DNA of 63,552 nt, counting the filler. It is 7 parts of 7 records of this genome, joined end to end, with 100 filler letters (N's around TTAATTAATTAA, not from the genome) between each part and the next. Parts side by side here need not be neighbours in the genome. Positions count along the whole stretch, not along the records: positions 14,961 to 20,867 come from DRR723986_16512; positions 20,968 to 27,288 come from DRR723986_16515; positions 27,389 to 37,764 come from DRR723986_16520; 4 more parts are not named here. One strand, given 5' to 3'. Position numbers and translations under genes: made by a program. The notes beneath the pieces were generated by a model. The model ran no database searches. It saw nothing but the letters and a program-made list of their open reading frames with translations, and had not been told where the DNA came from. Shown here piece after piece: positions 19,094 to 30,101 of the stretch (the stretch's first letter is position 1; each line of letters starts with the position of its first letter).

Positions 19094-19831
19094 TCAGCAA
19101 CCGGCGTCAGACAGGGCACCTTCGAGAATGGGGGCCAGACGTTGCCCCCAATGGGCCTGCTGTTCCGGCGTTTCAATCAGGTCGTTACGCAATTCAATCA
19201 GCACGTGCACACGGCCCGGTTCCACCCCGTGACGGTCCATGCTGTCGCCGGGCAGGTGGCCGGAATAGGGCTCGTTATCGCCCACATAGATATCCGCCTC
19301 GGCGCGCAGCCTGTCCAGCAAGGGCGCTGCCAGCCGGTCGTCCTCTGCATATAGAACGCCCACGTGCCAGGGCCGCATTTCGCGCCCCTTGAACTGCGGG
19401 GTAAAGCTGTGGACGGCGCAGACCACCGTATCCGCACGGCGCGCTGCCAGATCTGTCAGGGCATCGTGATAGGGCCGGTGAAAGGCGCTTAGACGACGTT
19501 CCTGTTCGGCGGCATCGGCATTGCGGTTGGCGGGGATGATCGAGCCATCATAGAGTTTCATCAGCACGGTAGGGTCGTGTTCCCCCCGGTTCGGGTCAAT
19601 CACCAGCCGAGAAAAATCCGACAGGATCACCGGCGCGCCCATCTCTTGCGCGATCACGCGTGACAGTCCCGCTGCGCCGATGTCAAAGGCGATGTGCCGG
19701 TTCATATCCGCATCCGGCAAGCCAAGGTCGCCATCGTTCACGCAATCCGGCACCCGGTTCGACGCATGATCGCAGGTGATCAGCCAGCGACTGTCGCGGT
19801 CTTGCCCTTCGATGTGGAAAGGGGCTGTCAT
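19094..19831 (-). CDS. N-formylglutamate amidohydrolase family protein
   Basis: [32 protein letters not shown] and ELRNDL motifs. Confidence 0.92.
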   Translation of the reverse strand: MTAPFHIEGQDRDSRWLITCDHASNRVPDCVNDGDLGLPDADMNRHIAFDIGAAGLSRVIAQEMGAPVILSDFSRLVIDPNRGEHDPTVLMKLYDGSIIPANRNADAAEQERRLSAFHRPYHDALTDLAARRADTVVCAVHSFTPQFKGREMRPWHVGVLYAEDDRLAAPLLDRLRAEADIYVGDNEPYSGHLPGDSMDRHGVEPGRVHVLIELRNDLIETPEQQAHWGQRLAPILEGALSDAGC

Positions 19832-19985
19832 TCTCGTGTTATCCTTCATAGACAAAAGGGACATAAATCAGGTTAGACGAGAGTGCCAGTTGTCATGTTC
19901 CGCGAATTGGGACATAAGGGCGCCAACTGAAATGCTAGCGCTAACATCGCGAATTCAACACTGTGGCAAAGCCGAGGGACCGACT

Positions 19986-20867
19986 ATGAAAAGCCAGCGT
20001 AACGTCAAGATCGTGGCGACCCTCGGGCCTGCGTCCAATGACTACAAGATGATCCGCGCTTTGTTCGAGGCCGGGGCCAACGTGTTCCGCCTGAACATGA
20101 GCCATGGCGATCACGAAGAAATCCGCGCGCGCCACACGATCATCCGTCAGATCGAGAAAGACACCGGCCGCCCGATTGCGATCCTAGCCGACCTTCAGGG
20201 CCCGAAACTGCGCTGTGGCGTCTTCGCCAATGGCCCGTACGAGCTGGAAGACGGTGCCGCGTTCCGCTTTGACCTGAGCGATGCCGAAGGCGACCACACC
20301 CGCGTGCAACTGCCCCACCCGGAGATTTTCGCGGCGCTGGAACCCGGCGCGACGCTGCTGGTGAATGACGGCAAGATCAAGCTTCAGGTGGAAACCTGTG
20401 GCGCGGATTATGCCGACTGCAAGGTCATCGCCGGTGGATCCATTTCCAACCGCAAGGGCGTGAACGTGCCAGACGTGGTGCTGCCGCTGGCCGCGCTGTC
20501 CGACAAGGACCGCAAGGATCTGGAGTTTGTCTGTCAGCTTGGGGTGGACTGGCTGGCACTCAGCTTTGTTCAGCGGGCCGAAGACGTGCAGGAGGCGCGC
20601 GGTCTGGCCAAGGGCCGCGCCGCGATCCTGTCGAAGATCGAAAAGCCCGCAGCCGTGAAGGCATTCGACGATATCCTCGCCGTGTCCGACGGCATCATGG
20701 TCGCGCGCGGCGATCTGGGGGTAGAACTGCCGGTTCACGCCGTGCCGCCGATCCAGAAACGCCTTGTCCGCAAGTGCCGTGCCGCCGCCAAGCCGGTCAT
20801 CGTCGCCACCCAGATGCTGGAATCGATGATCGAAAGCCCGGTGCCGACCCGCGCCGAGGTGTCCGAC
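19986..20867 (+). CDS. pyk: Pyruvate kinase (truncated)
   Basis: [47 protein letters not shown]. Confidence 0.98.
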
Positions 20868-20967
20868 NNNNNNNNNNNNNNNNNNNNNNNNNNNNNNNNN
20901 NNNNNNNNNNNTTAATTAATTAANNNNNNNNNNNNNNNNNNNNNNNNNNNNNNNNNNNNNNNNNNNN
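20868..20967. other. Artificial contig spacer
   Basis: 44 N + TTAATTAATTAA + 44 N. Confidence 0.99.
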
Positions 20968-20968
20968 G

Positions 20969-21253
20969 TCGCCGCGCGGCGATCTGATTGCCTTTACCAA
21001 ACAGAACAAGGGCCGGTTTCATATCGGCGTCATGCGCACGGATGGATCAGAAGAGCGCCTTTTGACCGCATCCTTCCTTGATGAGGGGCCAACATGGGCG
21101 CCAAATGGGCGGGTGTTGATGTTTGCCCGTGAAACCCAAGGGGCAAGCGGATCATCAACGCTGTATTCGGTGGATGTTTCGGGCCGCAACCTGCGCCCGG
21201 TGCGCACCCCCGAAGGTGGGTCCGACCCGTCGTGGTCGCCCTTGCAAAAGTGA
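20969..21253 (+). CDS. tolB: TolB, C-terminal fragment
   Basis: [25 protein letters not shown]40 repeats directly upstream of pal. Confidence 0.93.
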   Translation, partial: SPRGDLIAFTKQNKGRFHIGVMRTDGSEERLLTASFLDEGPTWAPNGRVLMFARETQGASGSSTLYSVDVSGRNLRPVRTPEGGSDPSWSPLQK

Positions 21254-21344
21254 TCGGCCCTGCACGGTAAAAAATTCCATTGCCCTCAAGGGCTGTGTTA
21301 AACAACAAACAAACAACAAAAACGCCACCCAAGAGAGGCAGACC

Positions 21345-21866
21345 ATGAAACGCATAACGACAAGCACGATCCTGATCGCAACCTTGGCCGTGTCGGCCTG
21401 TACCAATCCGGGCCGTTTCGGCGGTGAGGATGGCACCTATGTCGGCTCTGCCGCGCCTGTGAACACGGGCATCGTGCCGGGCAGCGCCAATGACCCGGCC
21501 TCAACAGCCTATTTTCAACAGGCGATCGGCGACCGGGTGCTGTTTGAGGTGGACCAGTCCAACCTGACAGCCACAGGCCGCGCCACACTCGACGGGCAGG
21601 CGACCTGGCTGTTGACCAACAGCGACTATCAGGCCGTGATCGAAGGCCATGCGGATGAGCAAGGCACGCGCGAATATAACCTCGCGCTGGGCGAACGCCG
21701 CGCCAATGCGGCCCGCGAATACCTGGTGTCCAAAGGGGTGCCTGCATCCCGGCTGCGGGTCGTCAGCTACGGCAAAGAACGGCCGATCGAAGTGTGTTCC
21801 AACGAGGCCTGCTATGCCAATAACCGCCGTGCGGTTACAGTGCTGGCCGGTGGTTTGACCAGCTAA
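21345..21866 (+). CDS. pal: Peptidoglycan-associated lipoprotein
   Basis: Lipobox VSAC; EGHADEQGTREYNLALGERRA, SYGKERP, NRRA. Confidence 0.97.
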   Translation: MKRITTSTILIATLAVSACTNPGRFGGEDGTYVGSAAPVNTGIVPGSANDPASTAYFQQAIGDRVLFEVDQSNLTATGRATLDGQATWLLTNSDYQAVIEGHADEQGTREYNLALGERRANAAREYLVSKGVPASRLRVVSYGKERPIEVCSNEACYANNRRAVTVLAGGLTS

Positions 21867-21881
21867 CCTAAGGAAGAGACC

Positions 21882-22709
21882 ATGACAGTGGCAATTCTAC
21901 GCGGCGTGATCTTTGGGCTTCTATTGTGCCCCATGGCGGCGTTGGCTCAGGATGATCAGACGCTGGCCGATGTGCGGCAGGAACTGAACGTGCTGTTTGT
22001 CGAGGTGCAAAAGCTCAAGCGGGAGCTGTCAACGACCGGTGGCGCGTCGGTCAACGCCGCAGGCGTGAGCGTGTTGGAGCGTGTCGGCGCGATGGAAAGC
22101 GAACTGCAACGCCTGACCTCAAAGACAGAAGAGTTGGAGAACCGTATCAACCGCATCGTAGCTGATGGCACCAACCGGATCGGCGATCTGGAGTTCCGCT
22201 TGGTTGAGCTTGAAGGCGGCGATCTGTCCACATTGGGCGAGACAACGACACTGGGCGGCGAGACACAGACATCCGTGTCTGCCCCTATCACCGCGCCCTC
22301 AACGCCCACGGATCAGGCATCGCTCGCCATTGGCGAAGCGGATGATTTCAAGCGGGCGCAGGAGGTGCTCGCCTCCGGTGACTTTCGCGCCGCCGCAGAC
22401 CTCTTTGCGACCTTCAATCAGACCTATCCGGGCGGACCACTAGCCGCCGAAGCCGAATTGCGCCGCGGCGAGGCCCTGACCGCGCTTGGCGACACCCGCG
22501 AGGCCGCCCGCGCATTCCTCGCCAGCTTTAGCACCGAACCCGAAGGGCCGATGGCCCCGCATGCCCTTTATGAACTTGGCAGTGCCCTCGCAAATCTTGG
22601 TCAATCCCAAGAAGCCTGCGTGACACTCAGCGAGATTGGTGTGCGTTTCCCCAATAGCCCTATGGTGGCCCAAGCCGAACAGCGTCGGCAGACCATCGGC
22701 TGTTCCTAG
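21882..22709 (+). CDS. cpoB: Tol-Pal system protein YbgF/CpoB
   Basis: Signal peptide, coiled coil, TPRs ending EACVTL..C; follows pal. Confidence 0.9.
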   Translation: MTVAILRGVIFGLLLCPMAALAQDDQTLADVRQELNVLFVEVQKLKRELSTTGGASVNAAGVSVLERVGAMESELQRLTSKTEELENRINRIVADGTNRIGDLEFRLVELEGGDLSTLGETTTLGGETQTSVSAPITAPSTPTDQASLAIGEADDFKRAQEVLASGDFRAAADLFATFNQTYPGGPLAAEAELRRGEALTALGDTREAARAFLASFSTEPEGPMAPHALYELGSALANLGQSQEACVTLSEIGVRFPNSPMVAQAEQRRQTIGCS

Positions 22710-22713
22710 GCCG

Positions 22714-23970
22714 ATGTTCAGACGCCTGACACGGCAGGTTTCGGATGCGTTTCTTCCGTATCCCCCTGCGGTCGCCGGCGTGGCTGTGTCGGGCGGCGGC
22801 GATTCCGTTGCGCTTTTGCATCTGATGCACGGATTTTGCACATTGCACGGCACAAAAGTGCGCGCCGTTACGGTCAACCATGGCCTGCGCCCCGAAGCCG
22901 AAACCGAAGCACAATCCGTTGCCGATTTCTGTGAACGCCACGGAATTGCCCATGACATCTTGCATTGGTCAGGCTGGGACGGCACCGGCAATCTGCAAAA
23001 CGAGGCCCGCAAGGCGCGGTATGGATTGATTGCTGACTGGGCAAAACAGCATGAAATTTCCACTGTCGCGCTTGGCCACACAGCTGATGATCAGGCGGAA
23101 ACGCTGCTGATGCGGCTGGCGCGGCGGGCCGGGGTGGATGGCCTGTCTGGTATTGCACCGCGCATCACCCGCCACAGCGTGATCTGGGTGCGGCCGCTTT
23201 TGCGGGCCAGCAGGACGGATCTGCGTGACTATCTGCTGCACCAGAATATCAAATGGATCGACGACCCAAGCAACGAAGATGCCACATTTGAACGGGTTCG
23301 CATGCGCGAGGCGCTCAAGGTGCTGGAACCTTTGGGAATTGATGCCCAAGGGCTGGCTCAGGTGGCAGGGCAAATGGCAGAGGCGCGCAAGGCACTGAAT
23401 TGGCAATGCTTTTTGGTTGCGCGGGATATCGTTTCGATTGATGCAGGGGCGGTGGTCATAGAGGAACGGCAACTGCGGGTTCAACCTGATGAGATTCAGC
23501 GCCGTTTGATCGTTCAAGCGCTCAATTGGATCAGCGGCGAGGAATACCCGGCCCGGCGCGGCGCTGTCAGTGCGATGATGAATGCGATGCGCAAAGGGCA
23601 GGCGGGCACGGCGGACGGATGCCAGTTGCGCCGTGTGGGCGGCGAGATCTGGATCTTCAGAGAATACAAACCCGTCAGTGCGATCACTGCCCCGCTACAG
23701 GGTCTGTGGGACGGCCGTTGGGAGCTGACAAACGAGGATAACGCGCAGGATTTTGCCGGTCTGCATGTCGGGGTGCTGGGCGATCACGGGTTGGCCCAAT
23801 GCCCCAATTGGCGTGGAACTGGCCGCCCGCACCCGGTCTTATTGTCAACGCCTGCGGTCTGGCGGGGCGATGAACTTGTCGCAGCCCCTCTTGCTGGCTA
23901 CGGCCAAAACTGGCATGCGGAGGTCGACGGCGGCGCAGAGTCCTTCTACGGCGCATTATTATCGCATTGA
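22714..23970 (+). CDS. tilS: tRNA(Ile)-lysidine synthetase
   Basis: AVSGGGDS, HGLRPE, ARY, GHTADDQAET, RPLL, DDPSN. Confidence 0.96.
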   Translation: MFRRLTRQVSDAFLPYPPAVAGVAVSGGGDSVALLHLMHGFCTLHGTKVRAVTVNHGLRPEAETEAQSVADFCERHGIAHDILHWSGWDGTGNLQNEARKARYGLIADWAKQHEISTVALGHTADDQAETLLMRLARRAGVDGLSGIAPRITRHSVIWVRPLLRASRTDLRDYLLHQNIKWIDDPSNEDATFERVRMREALKVLEPLGIDAQGLAQVAGQMAEARKALNWQCFLVARDIVSIDAGAVVIEERQLRVQPDEIQRRLIVQALNWISGEEYPARRGAVSAMMNAMRKGQAGTADGCQLRRVGGEIWIFREYKPVSAITAPLQGLWDGRWELTNEDNAQDFAGLHVGVLGDHGLAQCPNWRGTGRPHPVLLSTPAVWRGDELVAAPLAGYGQNWHAEVDGGAESFYGALLSH

Positions 23971-24066
23971 ACATGAGCGCATCATCTCTATCTTAGTATG
24001 GTGTCCGCGCCATTTCGGTGTGACCTGGGGGTTCGCGCATCCGCGCAACCCGAAGAAATTGGGAGA

Positions 24067-26001
24067 ATGTCCTTGGGCAACGTGCGTAATCTCGCCTTCT
24101 GGGTTGTTTTGCTTTTGCTGGTTTTGGCGCTGTTCAATCTGTTCAGCGGTTCCAGCGGAAATCTGCAAAGCAATGAGATCACTTATTCAGAGTTTGTAAG
24201 TTCCGTTCAAAACGGTGAGGTGCGTCAGGTGACGCTGGATGGCGAGCAGGTGCGCTTCCGCAAAGCGGATGGTGCCGAATACATCGCGATCAAACCGGAA
24301 GACGCTGAAATCACAACGCTTTTGATTGACAATGAAGTGCCGGTCAAAGCCACGCCGCAGGAGCAATCTGGTTTCCAGACCTTCCTGATGTCGCTCTTGC
24401 CGATTGTGCTGCTGATTGGTGTGTGGATCTATTTCATGAACCGGATGCAGGGCGGCGGTAAAGGCGGGGCCATGGGTTTTGGCAAATCCAAGGCCAAGAT
24501 GCTGACGGAAAAGCATGGGCGCGTCACATTCGATGACGTTGCAGGCATTGATGAAGCCAAGGAAGAGCTTGAAGAAATTGTCGAATTCCTGCGCAACCCG
24601 CAGAAATTCTCGCGGCTGGGCGGCAAGATCCCCAAGGGCGCTTTGCTTGAGGGCCCTCCCGGTACTGGTAAAACACTTCTGGCCCGCGCCATCGCGGGTG
24701 AGGCGGGCGTGCCGTTCTTCACCATCTCGGGCTCCGACTTTGTTGAGATGTTTGTCGGTGTTGGCGCGTCGCGGGTCCGCGACATGTTTGAACAAGCCAA
24801 AAAGAACGCGCCTTGCATCGTGTTTATCGACGAGATTGACGCGGTGGGTCGTCACCGGGGTGCCGGTTACGGCGGTGGCAACGACGAACGTGAGCAGACA
24901 TTGAACCAGCTCTTGGTCGAGATGGACGGTTTTGAATCGAACGAAGGTGTGATCATCATCGCCGCGACCAACCGTAAGGATGTTTTGGACCCTGCCTTGC
25001 TGCGTCCGGGCCGTTTTGACCGTCAGGTGACAGTCGGCAATCCCGACATCAAGGGCCGCGAAAAGATCCTTGGCGTGCATGCCCGCAAAACGCCGCTTGG
25101 CCCTGATGTGGATCTGCGCATCATTGCCCGTGGCACACCCGGCTTTTCCGGTGCCGATCTGGCCAATCTGGTGAACGAGGCGGCGCTGACCGCAGCGCGA
25201 CTGGGGCGCCGGTTCGTGGCGATGATGGATTTTGAATCCGCCAAAGACAAAATCATGATGGGTGCGGAACGCCGTTCGATGGTTTTGACGCAGGATCAAA
25301 AGGAAAAAACCGCCTATCACGAGGCAGGCCACGCTATCGTCGGCATCAAACTGCCGAAATGTGATCCGGTCTATAAGGCCACGATCATCCCGCGCGGCGG
25401 TGCCTTGGGCATGGTGATGAGCCTGCCGGAGATGGACAAGCTGCAGATGTTCAAGGACGAAGCCGAAGAGCGTATTGCCATGACCATGGCGGGCAAGGCG
25501 GCTGAGATCTATAAATACGGGGCTGAATCCGTGTCATCCGGCCCTGTCGGCGACATCATGCAGGCCAGTCAGTTGGCCCGTGCGATGGTCATGCGCTATG
25601 GCATGTCCGACAAGGTTGGCAACATCGACTATCAAGAAGCTGCGGCTGGATATCAGGCCAATGGCGGCGCGGGCGGGTTCTCCGTTTCGGCGGCGACAAA
25701 GGAGCTGATCGAAAGCGAAGTGAAGCGGATCATTGATGAAGGCTACGACCGCGCCTACAAATTGATCAGCGAAAACAACGAAGAGTTTGAACGGCTGGCG
25801 CAGGGTTTGCTGGAATATGAAACCCTGACCGGTGACGAGATCAAGCGCGTGATGGCTGGACAGCCGCCCGCCGAAGATCCTGATGACGACAACAATTCAG
25901 ACGAAGGCAACGCACCCAGCGTCACAGCCATTCCCAAGGCCAAGGGCAAAGGCAAGAAATCGCCGCCCTCCGGCGGGATGGAGCCAGAACCCTCGGTCTA
26001 A
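24067..26001 (+). CDS. ftsH: ATP-dependent zinc metalloprotease FtsH
   Basis: Two TM helices, [25 protein letters not shown]. Confidence 0.98.
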   Translation: MSLGNVRNLAFWVVLLLLVLALFNLFSGSSGNLQSNEITYSEFVSSVQNGEVRQVTLDGEQVRFRKADGAEYIAIKPEDAEITTLLIDNEVPVKATPQEQSGFQTFLMSLLPIVLLIGVWIYFMNRMQGGGKGGAMGFGKSKAKMLTEKHGRVTFDDVAGIDEAKEELEEIVEFLRNPQKFSRLGGKIPKGALLEGPPGTGKTLLARAIAGEAGVPFFTISGSDFVEMFVGVGASRVRDMFEQAKKNAPCIVFIDEIDAVGRHRGAGYGGGNDEREQTLNQLLVEMDGFESNEGVIIIAATNRKDVLDPALLRPGRFDRQVTVGNPDIKGREKILGVHARKTPLGPDVDLRIIARGTPGFSGADLANLVNEAALTAARLGRRFVAMMDFESAKDKIMMGAERRSMVLTQDQKEKTAYHEAGHAIVGIKLPKCDPVYKATIIPRGGALGMVMSLPEMDKLQMFKDEAEERIAMTMAGKAAEIYKYGAESVSSGPVGDIMQASQLARAMVMRYGMSDKVGNIDYQEAAAGYQANGGAGGFSVSAATKELIESEVKRIIDEGYDRAYKLISENNEEFERLAQGLLEYETLTGDEIKRVMAGQPPAEDPDDDNNSDEGNAPSVTAIPKAKGKGKKSPPSGGMEPEPSV

Positions 26002-26048
26002 GTGTCGGGGTGATCACGAACCGCGATTAGTCTGAAACAAGAATTCAT

Positions 26049-26078
26049 AGGCCCCGCTTCAGTGGGGCCTTTTCTTTT
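26049..26078 (+). terminator. Intrinsic terminator after ftsH
   Basis: AGGCCCCGC-TTCA-GTGGGGCCT followed by TTTCTTTT. Confidence 0.8.
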
Positions 26079-26170
26079 GCCGAGGGTTTAAGCAAGGTGC
26101 GCCGCATGAAGTGACCCTGCGGCAGTTTGCCGCCATAAAATGGGTCGGTTTGAAGATTTCGAGGAACACA

Positions 26171-26752
26171 ATGCCAGAATTGATACCAACTGACCATTTC
26201 GCCCGCATCACCTGGATGGGCACAGTACCCAAGGACAGGCCGAATATCCGGTCACAACCGATTGACACCGCTTTTGCCAGCTATGCCGGCATTGCAGGGG
26301 ACTACCACGAAGGGCTGACCCGTGCCTCCTGTGTGCGTGTCACGTCGCAGCACCCCAAAGGCACCGAGATCCGCAATGTGCGGCAGCTTTCCATTCTGTC
26401 TGCGGAAGAGCTGGATATCATCGCCAAGGAAATTGGTCTTGAGGCGATCAACCCGATCCATCTGGGCGCCTCTCTCGTGGTTGAGGGGATTGATGATTTC
26501 ACCCACTTGCCGCCCAACTCCCGCCTGCAAGCCGAGAATGGCGCGACCATCGTGGTGGATATGCAGAACGGCCCCTGCAACTATCCCGCCCGCGAGATTG
26601 AAAACGACCACCCCGGTCACGGCAAAGGGTTCCTGCCCGCCGCAAGGGGCCGCCGCGGCGTCTGCGCCTGGATCGAACGGGAAGGGCAGTTATCGGTTGG
26701 GGACGTGCTGCGCCTGCATATCCCCGGACAACGGGCATGGGCCCATCAATAG
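26171..26752 (+). CDS. MOSC domain protein
   Basis: NVRQLSILS, LGASLVVEG, NGPC.YP, GRRGV..IEREG.L.VGD. Confidence 0.88.
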   Translation: MPELIPTDHFARITWMGTVPKDRPNIRSQPIDTAFASYAGIAGDYHEGLTRASCVRVTSQHPKGTEIRNVRQLSILSAEELDIIAKEIGLEAINPIHLGASLVVEGIDDFTHLPPNSRLQAENGATIVVDMQNGPCNYPAREIENDHPGHGKGFLPAARGRRGVCAWIEREGQLSVGDVLRLHIPGQRAWAHQ

Positions 26753-26898
26753 GCGCCGGGTGTTTCCAAAAAGAAACGCCTGATCGGCTCATCGCCGCAA
26801 CGAGAGGCGGATATGTCGGAAATGCGACCTCCGACACCGCCCGCATCCCTGTAAGACAGGGCAAAGAAAACGCCAGTTTGGCAAAAGGGGATTCCTAA

Positions 26899-27288
26899 AT
26901 GGCTTTCAAGACCGACATTCAAATTGCACGAGAAGCGTCCAAACGCCCGATTCAGGAAATCGGCGAAAAGCTGGGCATCTCCTCTGCTGACCTGCTGCCT
27001 TACGGCCACGACAAGGCCAAAGTCAGCCAACAGTTCATCAACTCCGTTCAGGACCGCAAAGATGGCAAGCTGATCCTTGTCACGGCGATCAACCCGACAC
27101 CCGCGGGCGAAGGCAAGACCACAACAACCGTGGGTCTGGGCGATGGTCTGAACCGCATCGGCAAGAAAGCGGCCGTTTGTATCCGCGAAGCATCGCTTGG
27201 GCCAAACTTCGGCATGAAGGGCGGCGCGGCGGGCGGCGGTTATGCGCAGGTTGTGCCAATGGAAGAGATGAACCTGCACTTTACAGGT
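26899..27288 (+). CDS. fhs: Formate-tetrahydrofolate ligase (truncated)
   Basis: [35 protein letters not shown]. Confidence 0.97.
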
Positions 27289-27388
27289 NNNNNNNNNNNN
27301 NNNNNNNNNNNNNNNNNNNNNNNNNNNNNNNNTTAATTAATTAANNNNNNNNNNNNNNNNNNNNNNNNNNNNNNNNNNNNNNNNNNNN
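27289..27388. other. Artificial contig spacer
   Basis: 44 N + TTAATTAATTAA + 44 N. Confidence 0.99.
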
Positions 27389-27444
27389 TCATAAAACCGA
27401 AATTGTAGTTCATTGAAAGCCGGTCCATTTGTTTGGGTCGGCTT

Positions 27445-27897
27445 TTATTTTGGCAATTGAAAAGATCGTTTTACTGTGCCGTATGCTATGTGGGATTCAA
27501 TAGACGCGATGCCGGGTATTTTGTGTAAGTTTAATTTTACGAATGTTTCATAATCTGCAAGGCTTTTACCAACAATATGCACTAGATAATCTGCTGACCC
27601 GGCCATCAAAAAACACTCCAGAATCATGTCCAAGTCGGCAATATGTTTCTCAAACTTTTGCACGGTTACTTCATCGTGTCGCTCTAGCCTTATCATTGCA
27701 AAAACACTAATCGGCCAACCACACTTGTCATGATCTACAACGGCAGTGTAATCACGAATGATACCTTCACGCTCCAGTTTACGAACTCTGCGTAAACAAG
27801 GGGACGGCGAAAGGTTCACTTTTTCCGCCAAGTCATTGTTGCTTATTCGGCCATTTTTTTGCAATTCATGTATAATATTTCTATCAATTGCGTCCAT
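27445..27897 (-). CDS. Lrp/AsnC transcriptional regulator (MdeR-like, divergent from methionine gamma-lyase)
   Basis: MDAIDRNII.ELQKNGRISN..LAEKVNLSPSPCLRRVRKLE. Confidence 0.93.
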   Translation of the reverse strand: MDAIDRNIIHELQKNGRISNNDLAEKVNLSPSPCLRRVRKLEREGIIRDYTAVVDHDKCGWPISVFAMIRLERHDEVTVQKFEKHIADLDMILECFLMAGSADYLVHIVGKSLADYETFVKLNLHKIPGIASIESHIAYGTVKRSFQLPK

Positions 27898-28039
27898 TTT
27901 TACATCCTTTTTGGCAATATATGCCAATATACATGCAATTTTTGAATTAGATTGCAAACAAATTGCTCGAAAAATTTGTTACATTAGAAACTGGTTTTTG
28001 GTCACCAAATTGATGCAGATTCAGGGTAGGGGTTTAATC

Positions 28040-29272
28040 ATGAGCAAAAGTGGACGTTTGAATAGAGCGGCAGGTTTCGCAACACGTGCAATTCATCAAG
28101 GACACCGAGCTGCGGACCATCACGGGGCGCTCAACCCGCCGGTTTATATGTCGTCAACTTTTGCTTTTGAAACAGCGGAGCAGGGCGGTGACATATTTGC
28201 AGGTGAAAAAGAAGGCTATTTCTATTCTCGAATTTCCAACCCTACATTAGCTTTATTAGAAACACGATTGGCTGACCTTGAAGGCGGTGAAGCAGCAGTA
28301 TCAGCATCATCGGGTATGGGGGCTATTTGTTCGGCCATATGGACTCTCGTTGGCCCCGGCGATGAAATCATCACTGATGGAACACTTTATGGCTGTACAT
28401 TCTCTTTCTTCCGCGAGTCATTGCGCAAATTCGGCGTGACGATAACCCATGTAGACCTTACTAAGCCATTCAGCCTCGAGGGGGCGTTAAGTAATAAAAC
28501 CAAGGTCGTTTATTTTGAAACGCCAGCAAACCCCAATATGCGCATTGTCGACATCAAGGCTGTAAGCAAAATTGCTCATACCGTTGGCGCAACAGTGATT
28601 GTTGATAACACCTACAGCACCCCTTATTTACAGCAACCTTTGTCGTTGGGCGCAGACTTGGTTGTTCATTCTGCGACAAAATATTTGGGCGGCCACGGCG
28701 ACCTCGTAGCTGGTGCGGTTGTGGGTTCTAATGAACTTATTCAACAAATTCGTCTTGTTGGACTTAAGGATATGACCGGCGCGGTTCTATCGGCGCAAGA
28801 CGCTAACTTGATACTGCGCGGTATAAAAACACTTGAACTGCGGATGGAGCGGCATTGTGACAGCGCTGAAAAAGTAGCGGCCTATTTGGAAGCGCACCCT
28901 CGCGTAACCAAAGTTTATTACCCGGGCTTGGAAAGTTTTGAGCAACATGAAGTCGCGAAAAAACAAATGATGCGATTTGGCGGGATGGTTCCGTTTGAAA
29001 TTGAAGGCGGTTTGCCAGCTGCGAAAAAGTTATTGAATGCGCTTGATTTGATCACGATCGCTGTCAGCTTGGGTGATGCGGAGACGTTGATCCAGCATCC
29101 TGCCAGCATGACGCATTCAACCTATAGCCCAGAAGAGTTGGCGGAATATCATATCAGTGAAGGTTTGATACGCCTGTCTGTTGGGCTGGAATTCGCTGAT
29201 GACATTGTAGCCGATTTGGACCAGGCGTTTGAAGCTGCTTATGCCTTTGAAGGCGCCGTTGCTGCTGAATAA
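28040..29272 (+). CDS. megL: Methionine gamma-lyase
   Basis: YSRISNPT, TLYGCT (MGL-type Cys), SATKYLGGHGD (PLP Lys), AVSLGDAETL, HPASMTH. Confidence 0.88.
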   Translation: MSKSGRLNRAAGFATRAIHQGHRAADHHGALNPPVYMSSTFAFETAEQGGDIFAGEKEGYFYSRISNPTLALLETRLADLEGGEAAVSASSGMGAICSAIWTLVGPGDEIITDGTLYGCTFSFFRESLRKFGVTITHVDLTKPFSLEGALSNKTKVVYFETPANPNMRIVDIKAVSKIAHTVGATVIVDNTYSTPYLQQPLSLGADLVVHSATKYLGGHGDLVAGAVVGSNELIQQIRLVGLKDMTGAVLSAQDANLILRGIKTLELRMERHCDSAEKVAAYLEAHPRVTKVYYPGLESFEQHEVAKKQMMRFGGMVPFEIEGGLPAAKKLLNALDLITIAVSLGDAETLIQHPASMTHSTYSPEELAEYHISEGLIRLSVGLEFADDIVADLDQAFEAAYAFEGAVAAE

Positions 29273-29281
29273 AGCTTGGGG

Positions 29282-29911
29282 TTATGAGGAAAAATACTTC
29301 GTTTTTTCTTCATCTCGCAGAATGAACTTCATCCACTCAAGAATGCCGCGCTGTTTCGCATAAGCCTTTAAAGCCCCGCGATTTTTTTTGTAGGCCCTTT
29401 CCGTATCAATATACAAATTGTCTCGGTCTGCCTGTTCCATTGCGCGGTAAACCAGCGTGCCTATAAATATCCGCTCGTGCAAAAAGTGTGTATGATATTC
29501 TGATAAAGATCGCGCGGTGCGCCAAGCTGTGGCTGCCTCTTGCTCCTGACCAGGTACAAAAATAGCCAAACGCGCGCGCCACATCCATGCCAAGCCGTCC
29601 ATGGGGGCCAGCTCAGTACTGCGGCGAACAGATGCTAACGCTTTTTCTAAACCCTCAGCAGTCGAGTCCTGCAAGATATATGCAATGCCAAGTTCTGTTG
29701 CAGCGTTTGAAAGGTCAGCCAACCCCAACGCTTTTTCTCTGCTTTCAACCAATGTCTGAATGTTTTCAGGGGTAATAGGTTTCCCCGCTTCCAAATCATC
29801 TAAAACAGGTTGCCCTACTGCCATCCAAACAGCCGCCAGAAAGTTTGGTGCCGCTATCCAAATTAGCAGTAAGGATGTTGCGGCTAGCAATATTTTGCGG
29901 GCATTCACCAT
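29282..29911 (-). CDS. Hypothetical membrane-anchored TPR-like protein
   Basis: N-terminal hydrophobic helix; TPR-like ALASVRRSTELAPMDGLAW. Confidence 0.65.
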   Translation of the reverse strand: MVNARKILLAATSLLLIWIAAPNFLAAVWMAVGQPVLDDLEAGKPITPENIQTLVESREKALGLADLSNAATELGIAYILQDSTAEGLEKALASVRRSTELAPMDGLAWMWRARLAIFVPGQEQEAATAWRTARSLSEYHTHFLHERIFIGTLVYRAMEQADRDNLYIDTERAYKKNRGALKAYAKQRGILEWMKFILRDEEKTKYFSS

Positions 29912-30101
29912 AAATTCCTATTTGTTAGTTCCGGTTTATACGCTTTTTAGCTTTAGTTTTAGAAGGAAGCAATTGACCAGCCTGAAATAAATGCTTCGAT
30001 ACTTCTTGTAGCCAATTAGGGTGCCCTCAAGAATTCAGCCTTTTCATTCGGCAGCAAAACCTACTAGCTTAGACGCTTGTAAACTAACTCAGGTATTATA
30101 T

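Noticed and set aside
26752-26898. ZTP or THF riboswitch before fhs
   Set aside because: Conserved aptamer motifs not recognisable by eye; kept only as an unassigned structured leader.
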